From an uncultured Actinomycetes bacterium (GTDB lineage Bacteria; Actinomycetota; Thermoleophilia; Gaiellales; Gaiellaceae): DNA of 64,000 nt. The stretch is from positions 78,290 through 142,289 of the forward strand of contig CAVSAK010000009.1 in the NCBI GenBank assembly GCA_963725965.1. Reading direction: 5' to 3'. Shown here piece by piece: positions 25,576 to 34,401 of the stretch (position 1 is the stretch's first letter; every line of letters begins with the position of its first letter). The notes under the pieces were generated by a model. That model saw nothing but the letters and a program-made list of their open reading frames with translations, made no database searches and was not told where the DNA came from. Both the position numbers and the translations under genes were made by a program.

Positions 25576-25642
25576 TTCCCGCTCCGGCGCCGGCAAGGCC
25601 GCCGCCTCCGCTTCTGGGTGAGCTCCGTCGAGCCTACGCTCA
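25573..25642 (-). repeat. 70-nt intergenic element, copy C (TGA of the hypothetical gene to GTG of the sulfotransferase gene)
   Basis: Reverse complement: TGAGCGTAGGCTCGACGGAGCTCACCCAGAAGCGGAGGCGGCGGCCTTGCCGGCGCCGGAGCGGGAAGTG. It aligns along its full length with copies A and B. Confidence 0.85.
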
Positions 25643-26068
25643 CGACATCTCCGGCAGCGAGTCCGGCACGAGCCCGAGCCCCTGCCTGAGCGTCTCGATC
25701 AGATGCTGTGCGTCGGCGAGCAGTGATGCGAGCACCTCGATCTCGTCGCGCGGCACCTCGAGCGTCACTCGCACGGGCGAGCGGGCCGTGGAGGAGAGCG
25801 CGATCGTCTCGATCTCGTCGGTCGCGAGCGCGGTCACGTCGAGATATTCGTCCCTCGCGAGGCGCTGCCCGGGCACGAAGCGCTCCGCCGCCGCCCCGAG
25901 GCGCTCCGCCAGGACTCCGGCGTAGTGGCCGGGCACGCGGATCGTCGCCTCGCCGCTGAGCAGTCCGATGGTCGCCGACCAGCTCCCGTAGGCGGCTCCG
26001 TCGCCGTCGTGGCGCACGACGTGCACCGCGAGGGTGGCCGTGACGCCGATCGGATAGCGCTCCTCCAT
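25640..26068 (-). CDS. Hypothetical protein
   Basis: 142-aa ORF with ordinary composition and no motif recognised. Its TGA stop is the first triplet of repeat copy C. Confidence 0.5.
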   Translation of the reverse strand: MEERYPIGVTATLAVHVVRHDGDGAAYGSWSATIGLLSGEATIRVPGHYAGVLAERLGAAAERFVPGQRLARDEYLDVTALATDEIETIALSSTARSPVRVTLEVPRDEIEVLASLLADAQHLIETLRQGLGLVPDSLPEMS

Positions 26069-26121
26069 CCGGGCCAGCCTAGCCCCGAGGCCCGGATGAC
26101 CCAGCTATATTGACCCGCCGC

Positions 26122-27603
26122 ATGGCGAACGAGACCATCAACGATCCGCGGCTCGAGGAAGGTGTCTGGACGACCGATCCCGAGAGCGGCGAGCTCGTCC
26201 CCGACTACGAGTCCACCTTCCCCACGATCGAGGAGGGGCAGGTCGTGAACGGCACCGTCGTCCGCGTCGACAAGGACGAGGTTCTGGTCGACATCGGCTA
26301 CAAGTCGGAGGGCGTCATCCCGGTCTCGGAGCTTTCGATCCGCCGCTCGATCAACCCTGTGGACGAGGTGTCGATCGGAGACGACATCGCGGCGCTCGTC
26401 CTGACGAAGGAGGACGCCGAGGGCCGGCTGATCCTCTCCAAGAAGCGGGCGCGCTTCGAGATCGCGTGGAAGGCGATCGAGACTGCGCACGAGAAGGGCG
26501 AGCCCGTCACGGGCCGCGTGATCGAGGTCGTCAAGGGCGGCCTCATCCTCGACCTCGGCGTGCGGGGTTTCCTGCCCGCGTCGCTCGTCGACATCCGCCG
26601 GGTGCAGGACCTCGATGAGTTCCTCGGCCAGGAGCTCGAGTCCAAGGTCATCGAGCTCAACCGCTCGCGCAACAACGTCGTCCTCTCGCGCCGCGCCGTG
26701 CTCGAAGAAGAGCGCAAGGAGCAGCGGCAGAAGATCCTCGACCGCCTCAACCCCGGCGACGTCGTGGAAGGGACGATCTCGAACATCGTCGACTTCGGCG
26801 CCTTCGTCGACCTCGACGGGATGGACGGCCTCATCCACATCTCGGAGCTTTCGTGGAGCCACGTCAACCACCCGTCGGAGGTCCTGGAGATCGGCCAGAC
26901 GGTCAAGGTGCAGGTTCTGGACATCGACCGCGAGCGCCAGCGGATCTCGCTCGGCCTCAAGCAGACGCAGACCGATCCGTGGCAGCAGGTGCTCGAGAGC
27001 TACCAGGAGGGCGACGTCGTGCAGGGCACGGTGACGAAGGTCGTCACCTTCGGCGCCTTCGTCGAGATCCTGCCCGGCGTCGAGGGGCTCGTCCACATCT
27101 CCGAGCTCGCGCAGCACCACGTCGAGAACCCACGCGAGATCGTCTCGCAGGGCGACAAGGTGAACGTCCGCATCCTCGAGGTCGACGCCGACCGGCGGCG
27201 CCTCTCGCTCTCGCTCAAGCGGGTCGAGGAGGGGATGCCGGTGCAACCGATGCCCGGCGAGGAAGCTGCCCCGCCCGCGCTCGGGCTGTCCGACGAGGTC
27301 TTCGCCGACGAGGTTCCCGCCGCCGAGGCGCTCGAGGCGCCGGCGGAGGAAGAGCCTGCCGCCGAGGGCGAGCCCGAGGTCGTAGCCGAGGTCGTCGAGG
27401 AGGAGCCTGCCGCGGAGGTCGAGGCCGAGGTCGTCGAGGCGGAGGAGCCTGCGGCCGCGGAACTCGAGCCGGTTGCCGAAGAGGAACCCGTCGTCGAGGT
27501 CGAGGCCGAGGCGGAGCCTGTCGCAGAGGCGGAGCCTGCCGTCGAGGCAGAGCCGGAAGCCGAGGCCGACGCCGACGCCTCCGACGAGGCCCCGGCCGAA
27601 TAG
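26122..27603 (+). CDS. rpsA: 30S ribosomal protein S1 with a long acidic C-terminal tail
   Basis: Four clear S1 repeats (GQVVNGTVVRV..., VTGRVIEVVKGG..., VVEGTISNIVDFGAFVDL..., VVQGTVTKVVTFGAFVEI...) followed by an E/A/P/V-rich tail. An in-frame TTG at 26110 is an alternative start. Confidence 0.95.
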   Translation: MANETINDPRLEEGVWTTDPESGELVPDYESTFPTIEEGQVVNGTVVRVDKDEVLVDIGYKSEGVIPVSELSIRRSINPVDEVSIGDDIAALVLTKEDAEGRLILSKKRARFEIAWKAIETAHEKGEPVTGRVIEVVKGGLILDLGVRGFLPASLVDIRRVQDLDEFLGQELESKVIELNRSRNNVVLSRRAVLEEERKEQRQKILDRLNPGDVVEGTISNIVDFGAFVDLDGMDGLIHISELSWSHVNHPSEVLEIGQTVKVQVLDIDRERQRISLGLKQTQTDPWQQVLESYQEGDVVQGTVTKVVTFGAFVEILPGVEGLVHISELAQHHVENPREIVSQGDKVNVRILEVDADRRRLSLSLKRVEEGMPVQPMPGEEAAPPALGLSDEVFADEVPAAEALEAPAEEEPAAEGEPEVVAEVVEEEPAAEVEAEVVEAEEPAAAELEPVAEEEPVVEVEAEAEPVAEAEPAVEAEPEAEADADASDEAPAE

Positions 27604-27605
27604 GG

Positions 27606-28175
27606 ATGAAGCGACCGCTCGCGGTCGCGCTCACGGGCGGCATCGCGGCCGGCAAGAGCGAGGCTCTCGGCGCGTTCGCGCGGCACGGCGCCGCCGTGAT
27701 CTCGAGCGACGACGTCGTCCACCGCCTCTACCGCGAGGACGAGGCGCTGCAAGCGGCTCTTCGCGATCGGTGGGGCGAACGCGCCTTCCGCGACGGCGAG
27801 GTCGACCGGGAGGAGATCGGCCGGATCGTCTTCGCCGACCGCGCCGAGCTCGCCTGGCTCGAGTCCGAGCTGCATCCGCGCGTCCGGGCGGTCACCGACG
27901 CGTGGCTCGCCAAACAGTCGGCCGATGTCACAGTCGCCGAGATCCCGCTCCTCTTCGAGACCGGCGGCGAGAGGCGGTTCGATCGCGTCGTCGTCGTCAC
28001 CGCACCGCCCGAAGTGAGGGAAGCGCGGCGCGGCGCCCTCGCCGGGAGGGAGGATCGGCTGGTACCCGAAGAGGAGAAAGTGCGGCGAGCGGACTTCTCC
28101 TACGTGAACGACGGCTCGCTGGAGGAGCTCGACGCCTGGGTCGCAGGCGTGCTGGAGGAGCTACGACACTCCTGA
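27606..28175 (+). CDS. coaE: Dephospho-CoA kinase
   Basis: P-loop LTGGIAAGKS. Follows rpsA as in actinobacterial synteny. Confidence 0.9.
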   Translation: MKRPLAVALTGGIAAGKSEALGAFARHGAAVISSDDVVHRLYREDEALQAALRDRWGERAFRDGEVDREEIGRIVFADRAELAWLESELHPRVRAVTDAWLAKQSADVTVAEIPLLFETGGERRFDRVVVVTAPPEVREARRGALAGREDRLVPEEEKVRRADFSYVNDGSLEELDAWVAGVLEELRHS

Positions 28176-28720
28176 GGCGATGGATCGTCGTCGGAGCCGT
28201 CGCTCTCCTGGCGGTGGGCGCGTTCGCATACCTCCAGCGGACCGAGCCGCCGTGGTACGAGCGCCTCTGGTACCCGCTCCACTATTCGACAATCGTCCGC
28301 GTCCACGCCGACGAGAACCAGATCGATCCAGCGCTCCTCGCGGCCGTGATCGAGACCGAGAGCAAGTTCGACCCGACCGCGGAGTCCGACGCCGGCGCCG
28401 TGGGCCTGATGCAGCTGACGCCGACCACGGCGAAGGGCATCGCACAGGCGACCGGCGGCAGCCGTTTCCGCGTCTCCGACCTGACCGACCCCGACATCAA
28501 CGTCCGCTACGGCGCGTGGTACCTCCGCCACCTACTCGACCGTTACGACCAGGACGAACGGCTCGCGCTTGCCGCCTACAACGCCGGCGAGGACAACGTC
28601 GACCGCTGGGAGCGGGAGCACGTCGGGATCCAGTTCGACGAGACGCGCGACTACGTCGACAAGGTCGAGCGCCTGAAGAAGATCTACCGCCACGCATACG
28701 CGTCCCAACTCGGGTACTGA
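28172..28720 (+). CDS. Membrane-anchored lytic transglycosylase (SLT domain), start non-canonical or uncertain
   Basis: AVIETESKFDP, GLMQLTP and AAYNAG. The TM anchor RRWIVVGAVALLAVGAFAYL lies upstream of the first canonical in-frame start (GTG 28214). CTG 28172 lies in a CTGA overlap with the coaE stop. Confidence 0.8.
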   Translation: MRRWIVVGAVALLAVGAFAYLQRTEPPWYERLWYPLHYSTIVRVHADENQIDPALLAAVIETESKFDPTAESDAGAVGLMQLTPTTAKGIAQATGGSRFRVSDLTDPDINVRYGAWYLRHLLDRYDQDERLALAAYNAGEDNVDRWEREHVGIQFDETRDYVDKVERLKKIYRHAYASQLGY

Positions 28721-28727
28721 TTCCGAG

Positions 28728-29837
28728 ATGAGGATTCGCGCGGCGGTGCTCGAGGAGTTCGATCGACCGCTCGAGGTCCAGGAGGTCGACCTCGCCGAGC
28801 CGAAGGCGGGCGAGGTGCTCGTGCGTCTCGTCGCCTGCGGTGTCTGCCACACGGATCTGTACACCGCGTCGGGCGCCGACCCGTCCGGCTACTCGCCGAC
28901 GGTGCTGGGCCACGAGGGCGCCGGCGTCGTCGAGCGCGTCGGCGACGGCGTAGCTTCGCTCGCGCCGGGCGACCACGTCGTGACGCTCTTCTCGCCGCAG
29001 TGCCGCGAGTGCATCCACTGCCTCGACCCGCGCACGAACCTCTGCCTGGCAATTCGTGAGCAGCAGAACCAAGGCTTCCTCCCGGACGGAACGACGCGCC
29101 TCTCCCGCGACGGCGAGCCGATCCGGCACTTCATGGGGACTTCGACGTTCGCCGAGTACACCGTCATGCCCGAGATCGCGCTCGCGAAGATCTCGCCGGA
29201 GGCTCCGCTCGACCGGGCGTGCGTCTTCGCCTGCGGTCTCTCGACGGGACTCGGCGCCGCGCTCAACACCGCGAAAGTCGAGCCCGGCTCGACGTGTGTC
29301 GTCTTCGGCGCGGGCCTCGTCGGGCTCGGCGCCGTCGCCGGGTGCAGGCTAGGCGGTGCTTGGCGGATCATCTGCGTCGATCCGGCGCAGCAGCGGCTCG
29401 AGCTCGCGCGTGGCCAAGGCGCCAACGACACCATCACCGGCGGGCCCGAGGTTGTCGAGCAGATCCTCGAAATGACCGGAGGGTTCGGCGCGGACTACAC
29501 CTTCGAGGCGACGGGCCGCGTCGACGTGATGCGCCAGGCGGTGGAATCCGCCCGCATGGGCTGGGGTCTGGCGACGGTCTGCGGCGTGGCCGGGAGAGGC
29601 GAGACGCTCGACGTCGTGCCGCGCTTCCTGATCACGGGCCGCCGCGTCGCGGGCTCGTCGTTCGGCGGGGTCAAAGGGCGCGACCAGGTGCCGCAGTTCG
29701 TCGACCGCTATCTCGCCGGCGACATCGACCTCGATCCGCTCATCTCCCACTCGATCTCGCTCGACGACGTCAACCGCGGCTTCGAGCTCATGCACGCGCA
29801 GGACGGCATTCGCAGCGTGATCGCCTTCGACGGCTGA
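28728..29837 (+). CDS. Zinc-dependent alcohol dehydrogenase, class III-like
   Basis: [17 protein letters not shown], the structural-zinc Cys cluster [15 protein letters not shown], and GAGLVGLG. Confidence 0.88.
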   Translation: MRIRAAVLEEFDRPLEVQEVDLAEPKAGEVLVRLVACGVCHTDLYTASGADPSGYSPTVLGHEGAGVVERVGDGVASLAPGDHVVTLFSPQCRECIHCLDPRTNLCLAIREQQNQGFLPDGTTRLSRDGEPIRHFMGTSTFAEYTVMPEIALAKISPEAPLDRACVFACGLSTGLGAALNTAKVEPGSTCVVFGAGLVGLGAVAGCRLGGAWRIICVDPAQQRLELARGQGANDTITGGPEVVEQILEMTGGFGADYTFEATGRVDVMRQAVESARMGWGLATVCGVAGRGETLDVVPRFLITGRRVAGSSFGGVKGRDQVPQFVDRYLAGDIDLDPLISHSISLDDVNRGFELMHAQDGIRSVIAFDG

Positions 29838-29851
29838 CTACCCTGTCCGTA

Positions 29852-31861
29852 GTGGCCGAGCTACGGACAACTTCCGCGTACAGCCCCACCGGCGATCAGC
29901 CGCAGGCGATCGAGAAGCTCGGCGAGGGGATCCTCGCGGGCGAGAAGTTCCAGACGCTGGTGGGCGCGACCGGCACCGGCAAGACGGCGACGATGGCCTG
30001 GACGATCGAGAAGACCGGCCGGCCGGCGCTCGTGATCGCCCACAACAAGACGCTCGCGGCGCAGCTCTGCAACGAGTTCCGGGAGTTCTTCCCGCACAAC
30101 GCCGTCGAGTACTTCGTCTCCTACTACGACTACTACCAGCCAGAGGCGTACGTCCCGCAGGCCGATCTCTACATCGAGAAGGACTCGTCCCGCAACGACG
30201 ACATCGCGCGGCTGCGGCTCGCCGCGACGTCCTCGCTGTTCACGCGGCGCGACGTGGTCGTGGTCGCGTCCGTCTCCTGTATCTACGGATTGGGCTCGCC
30301 GGAGGAGTGGCGCGAGCGGATGATCTACGTCGAGGTCGGCGCCGAGCACGACCGCGACCTCATGCTGCGCAAGCTCATCGACTCGCAGTACGTCCGCAAC
30401 GACACCGTGCTCGGCCGCGGCCGCTTCCGCGTCAAGGGCGACGTCGTCGAGGTGCAGCCGGCGAATCAGGAGACCGCGTACCGCATCTCGTTCTTCGGCG
30501 ATGAGGTGGAGGGGATGACGCACTTCGATCCGCTCACGGGCGAGGTGCTCGCCAAGCTCGACAACCTTTCGATCTGGCCGGCGACGGAGTACGTCACCTC
30601 GCAGCCGACCGTCGAGCGTGCCGTCGACGAGATCCGCGACGAGATGGAGGCGCAGGTCGCGTCGTTCGAGGAGGAGGGAAAGCTGCTCGAGGCGCACCGG
30701 ATCAGGCAGCGCACCGAGTACGACCTCGAGATGCTGAAGGAGCTCGGCTTCTGCAACGGGATCGAGAACTACTCGCGCATCCTCGAAGGCCGCGCCGCCG
30801 GGACGCACCCATTCACGTTGCTCGACTACTTCGCGGACGACTTTGTGGTCTTCGTGGATGAATCCCATCAGACAGTCCCGCAGCTAGGCGGCATGCACGA
30901 GGGCGACCGCTCGCGCAAGCAGACGCTCGTCGACTTCGGGTTCCGGCTGCCGTCGGCGCTCGACAACCGGCCGCTGCGCTTCGACGAGTTCCTGCGCAAG
31001 GTCCCGCAGCTCGTCTTCGTCTCCGCGACGCCCGGGCCTTTCGAGCTCCGCAACTCGACGGTGATCGCCGAACAGCTGATCCGGCCGACCGGCATCGTCG
31101 ACCCCGACGTCGAGCTGCGCGCGACGAAGAACCAGATCGACGACCTGCTCGGCGAGATCCGCGCGCGCGAGGCGGCGGGCGAGCGCGTCCTCGTCACGAC
31201 GCTGACGAAGAAGATGGCCGAGGATCTGACCGACTACCTGCTCGAGTCGGGCGTCAAGGCGCGCTACCTCCACTCCGAGATCGACACGCTCGAGCGGATC
31301 CAGATCATTCGCGAGCTGCGGCTCGGCGAGTTCGACGTCCTGGTGGGCGTCAACCTCCTCCGGGAGGGTCTCGACCTGCCGGAGGTGTCGCTCGTCGCGA
31401 TCCTCGACGCCGACAAGGAAGGCTTCCTGCGCGGGCGCACGAGCCTCATCCAGACAATCGGGCGCGCGGCGCGGAACGTCAACGGCAAGGTGCTGATGTA
31501 CGCCGACAAGCAGACGGAGGCGATCAAGGAGGCGCTCGACGAGACGGACCGCCGCCGCGCCGTCCAGCTGGCGTACAACGAGGAGCACGGGATCGTGCCG
31601 GAGACGATTGCGAAGGGCGTCTCCGACATCGCCGAGCTGCTCCAGCTCGAGTCGCCGACCGTGCCTTCCTCGCGGCGTCGGCGCGGCGCGACGAAGGTCG
31701 AGGGGATGTCGCGCGAGGAGCTCGAGAAGCTCGTCATCACGCTCGAGGAGGAGATGTACCTCGCCGCCGAGGAGCTGCGGTTCGAGTACGCGGCGAAGCT
31801 CCGCGACGAGGTCAAGGACCTGCGGCGCGACCTGCAGGCGATCGAGCAGACCGCCGCGTAG
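29852..31861 (+). CDS. uvrB: Excinuclease ABC subunit B
   Basis: [35 protein letters not shown], helicase C motifs, and a C-terminal UVR domain. Confidence 0.97.
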   Translation: MAELRTTSAYSPTGDQPQAIEKLGEGILAGEKFQTLVGATGTGKTATMAWTIEKTGRPALVIAHNKTLAAQLCNEFREFFPHNAVEYFVSYYDYYQPEAYVPQADLYIEKDSSRNDDIARLRLAATSSLFTRRDVVVVASVSCIYGLGSPEEWRERMIYVEVGAEHDRDLMLRKLIDSQYVRNDTVLGRGRFRVKGDVVEVQPANQETAYRISFFGDEVEGMTHFDPLTGEVLAKLDNLSIWPATEYVTSQPTVERAVDEIRDEMEAQVASFEEEGKLLEAHRIRQRTEYDLEMLKELGFCNGIENYSRILEGRAAGTHPFTLLDYFADDFVVFVDESHQTVPQLGGMHEGDRSRKQTLVDFGFRLPSALDNRPLRFDEFLRKVPQLVFVSATPGPFELRNSTVIAEQLIRPTGIVDPDVELRATKNQIDDLLGEIRAREAAGERVLVTTLTKKMAEDLTDYLLESGVKARYLHSEIDTLERIQIIRELRLGEFDVLVGVNLLREGLDLPEVSLVAILDADKEGFLRGRTSLIQTIGRAARNVNGKVLMYADKQTEAIKEALDETDRRRAVQLAYNEEHGIVPETIAKGVSDIAELLQLESPTVPSSRRRRGATKVEGMSREELEKLVITLEEEMYLAAEELRFEYAAKLRDEVKDLRRDLQAIEQTAA

Positions 31862-31867
31862 ACGCGG

Positions 31868-34318
31868 CTACTTGCCGACCTTCAGCGCGACCTTCGAGCC
31901 CTTCGTCAGGTGCTTGCCGGGCTTGGGGCTCTGGGAGATCACGTGACCCTTGTTCTTCTTCTTCGACTTGACCTTCGTGATCTTGCCGACACCGCAGTGA
32001 TGGCCCTTGATCGCCCGCTTGGCCGCGGCGAGCGTCTTGGCCTTCACCTTCGGCACGATGCACTTCGTAACGAGCGGCGGCGGGGGCGAGAAGAAGAAGC
32101 TGGCGGTGACCGTGGTGTCGGTGTTCAGCGTGATGACGCAGGTGCCGGTACCGGAGCAGCCGCCGCCCGACCAGCCCAAGAAGCCGGTGCCGGTTGCAGT
32201 CGCTGTGAGCGTGACCTGCGTCCCGGCGCTGAACGCGTGGGAGCAGGTCGACCCGCAATCGATCCCGGCCGGACTGCTCGTGACGCTGCCCCTCGGGCCA
32301 AGTAGTGAGACCGACAAAGTTCGAGTCAGCCCGGGCGTACCGAAGATCGCGTTGACGGTTGTGTCGGCGCTCAGCGTCACCTTGCACGTGCCGGTGCCGG
32401 ATGCCGGTCCGCACCCGCCGCCCGACCATCCCTCGAAGACCGAGCCGGCGGCGGCAGTCGCACTCAGCGTCAGCTGGGTCCCGGAGTCGAACAAGCTCGA
32501 ACAGGTAGAGCCACAGTCGATTCCGGCCGGACTACTCGTCACCGTGCCGGTTCCCGGCCCACCCGTCGTCACCGTCAGTGTGTGCTTCGGAGGCTGCGTC
32601 GGCTGATCCCAGATCGCCTGGTCGCCGTCGTCGATCGGCGTGCTCCCTGTCCCGTTCAAGGCGACGATCTCCGCGCAATACCCGGCGCCGGCTGTAAGTC
32701 CAGTGACGTTGACCGAGACGTCGTGGAACGTGCCGTCGACTTCGGCGGACGGTAGCTGGGTGGGGGTGGTGCTGACGGCGGGTGAGCCCGAGGCGCCGTT
32801 GCTGGTACACCACTCCGAGCTGTCGAAGTCGTACTCGACCACGTAGCTCGTGCTCTGGCCGGCAGCGTTGACGTCGCCGTCGATCGTGGCTGTTGTGAGC
32901 CCGGTGGGGTTGGCGTCGAACGTGTCCACAAACGGTGCGCCCTGGGTCCAGGGGACCTGGCCTCCCTGGGCGTCCCCGTTGGCGTCGGTCGCGACCAGTT
33001 GGGCGCAGTAGGCGATGCCTTCGGTCAGCCCGGTCAGGTCGACGGAGACGAAGTCGTCGTCGGGGATCGGGTCGGTGCCCGCGATCGTCTGCGGCGAGCC
33101 GGACGTGCCGCCGCTCGTGCACCAGTCGGAGGTCGCGAGGTCGTACTCCGCGGCATATGTCGTGGCCTCGCCGTGAGGATCGATCAGGCCCTCCACGGTC
33201 GCCGTGGTCGCTCCGGTCGAGTAGGTGTCGAATGTCAGAACGTCGGGCGTTTCCCCCTGTGTCCACGACAGTTGGGCGCCGTCGACTTCACCGTTGACGT
33301 TGGTCGCGATGAGCCGGGCGCAATAGTCGGAGGCTGCAGTAAGCCCAGTCAGGTCGACGGAGACGCCGTGGAAAACCTCGTCCGTAAATCCGAGATCTGT
33401 CGCGTCGGTCGCTTTCCCCGGCGAGCCGGAAGTGCCGCCGCTCGTGCACCACTCGGAGCTGGACAGGTCGTATTGCACGGCGTAGCTCGTCGTCTCGCCG
33501 TTCGGATTGACGACGCCGGTGACCGTCGCCGTCGAGCCTCCCGTCGGCGAGGCGGCCCCGGTCGTCGCCCCCGGCTTGTCCACGGTGAACCTCACGAAGG
33601 TGGTCCCGAACGCTTCCCCGCCGGCGCTGAAGGCTGCTGCTCGCGCGCAGTACCCGGCTCCGGTCTGCAGTTCGAACAGCTTGACCGAGACGTCGTGGAC
33701 GGTGTTGTCGGTGAAGCCGAGATCAGCGTTGTCTGAGATGTGCGGCGTCGGTCCCGATTCGCCGTCGCTTGTGCACCAGGTTGAGCTGGCGAGGCCGTAC
33801 GCAACGTCGTAGACCGTGTCGTTCCCCTCTGGATTGATCGCGACGTCTACCGTCGCCGACGCCGCCGAGGTTGCGAACCCGTCGAGCGTGTCGACCTCGG
33901 GCGGGTCCTGCTGCCACGTCACCTGCGGCCCGTCGCCTTCTCCGTCGCCGTTGGTCGCAATGAATCGCCCGCAGTACGTGGTGAACCGGGTCAGTCCGGT
34001 CAGGTTCACCCCGACCTCGATGGCAGAGTTGGACCCGAGTGGGGTGGGGCTCGTCGCGTTGTCCGGCGAACCCGACGTGCCACCGCTCGTGCACCACGTG
34101 GAGCTCTGGACGTCCCACTCGACCGCGTAGCTCGTCGTCGCGTCCAATTGGGGGTCGATGTCACCGGCGAATGTTGCCGTCGTGAACCCGGTTGCTTGGA
34201 CAGAAGTCTTCGTGACGACAGGTGCCGCAGCCGAGGCTGCGGCCGGCAGGCAAAGCGTCACGGCGATCCCGAGAAGGCCGACCAGGAAGAGTGGGGCGCG
34301 GCGCGGACGCATGGTCAT
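31868..34318 (-). CDS. Large secreted repeat protein: signal peptide, 5 Cys-bearing FN3-like repeats, 2 InlB-B-repeat-like modules, C-terminal PASTA-like domain
   Basis: Signal peptide MTMRPRRAPLFLVGLLGIAVTLCLPAAASAAA. Five ~105-aa repeats share Y.V.YD..SS.WCTS.G.SG...VSV.LTGLT...YCA...A.N. Two modules contain VTSSPAGIDCGSTCS...GWSGGGC..TGTC. The tail is CIVPKVKAKTLAAAKRAIKGHHCGVGKITKV...GHVISQSPKPGKHLTKGSKVALKVGK. Start alternatives are 34312 and 34369. Confidence 0.8.
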   Translation of the reverse strand: MTMRPRRAPLFLVGLLGIAVTLCLPAAASAAAPVVTKTSVQATGFTTATFAGDIDPQLDATTSYAVEWDVQSSTWCTSGGTSGSPDNATSPTPLGSNSAIEVGVNLTGLTRFTTYCGRFIATNGDGEGDGPQVTWQQDPPEVDTLDGFATSAASATVDVAINPEGNDTVYDVAYGLASSTWCTSDGESGPTPHISDNADLGFTDNTVHDVSVKLFELQTGAGYCARAAAFSAGGEAFGTTFVRFTVDKPGATTGAASPTGGSTATVTGVVNPNGETTSYAVQYDLSSSEWCTSGGTSGSPGKATDATDLGFTDEVFHGVSVDLTGLTAASDYCARLIATNVNGEVDGAQLSWTQGETPDVLTFDTYSTGATTATVEGLIDPHGEATTYAAEYDLATSDWCTSGGTSGSPQTIAGTDPIPDDDFVSVDLTGLTEGIAYCAQLVATDANGDAQGGQVPWTQGAPFVDTFDANPTGLTTATIDGDVNAAGQSTSYVVEYDFDSSEWCTSNGASGSPAVSTTPTQLPSAEVDGTFHDVSVNVTGLTAGAGYCAEIVALNGTGSTPIDDGDQAIWDQPTQPPKHTLTVTTGGPGTGTVTSSPAGIDCGSTCSSLFDSGTQLTLSATAAAGSVFEGWSGGGCGPASGTGTCKVTLSADTTVNAIFGTPGLTRTLSVSLLGPRGSVTSSPAGIDCGSTCSHAFSAGTQVTLTATATGTGFLGWSGGGCSGTGTCVITLNTDTTVTASFFFSPPPPLVTKCIVPKVKAKTLAAAKRAIKGHHCGVGKITKVKSKKKNKGHVISQSPKPGKHLTKGSKVALKVGK

Positions 34319-34401
34319 GAGTGACTCGCGGAGCGGGCGAAAGCTAGCACCGAAAAGATCGCGCTTCAATCAACTGGCCCGGCAGGAACGGGCCGGATCC
34401 A

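Noticed and set aside
26110-26121. TTG 26110 as the rpsA start (MTRRMANE...).
   Set aside because: ATG 26122 gives the usual S1 N-terminus. The TTG overlaps the TATATT box that looks like the promoter -10. It is kept only as an alternative.
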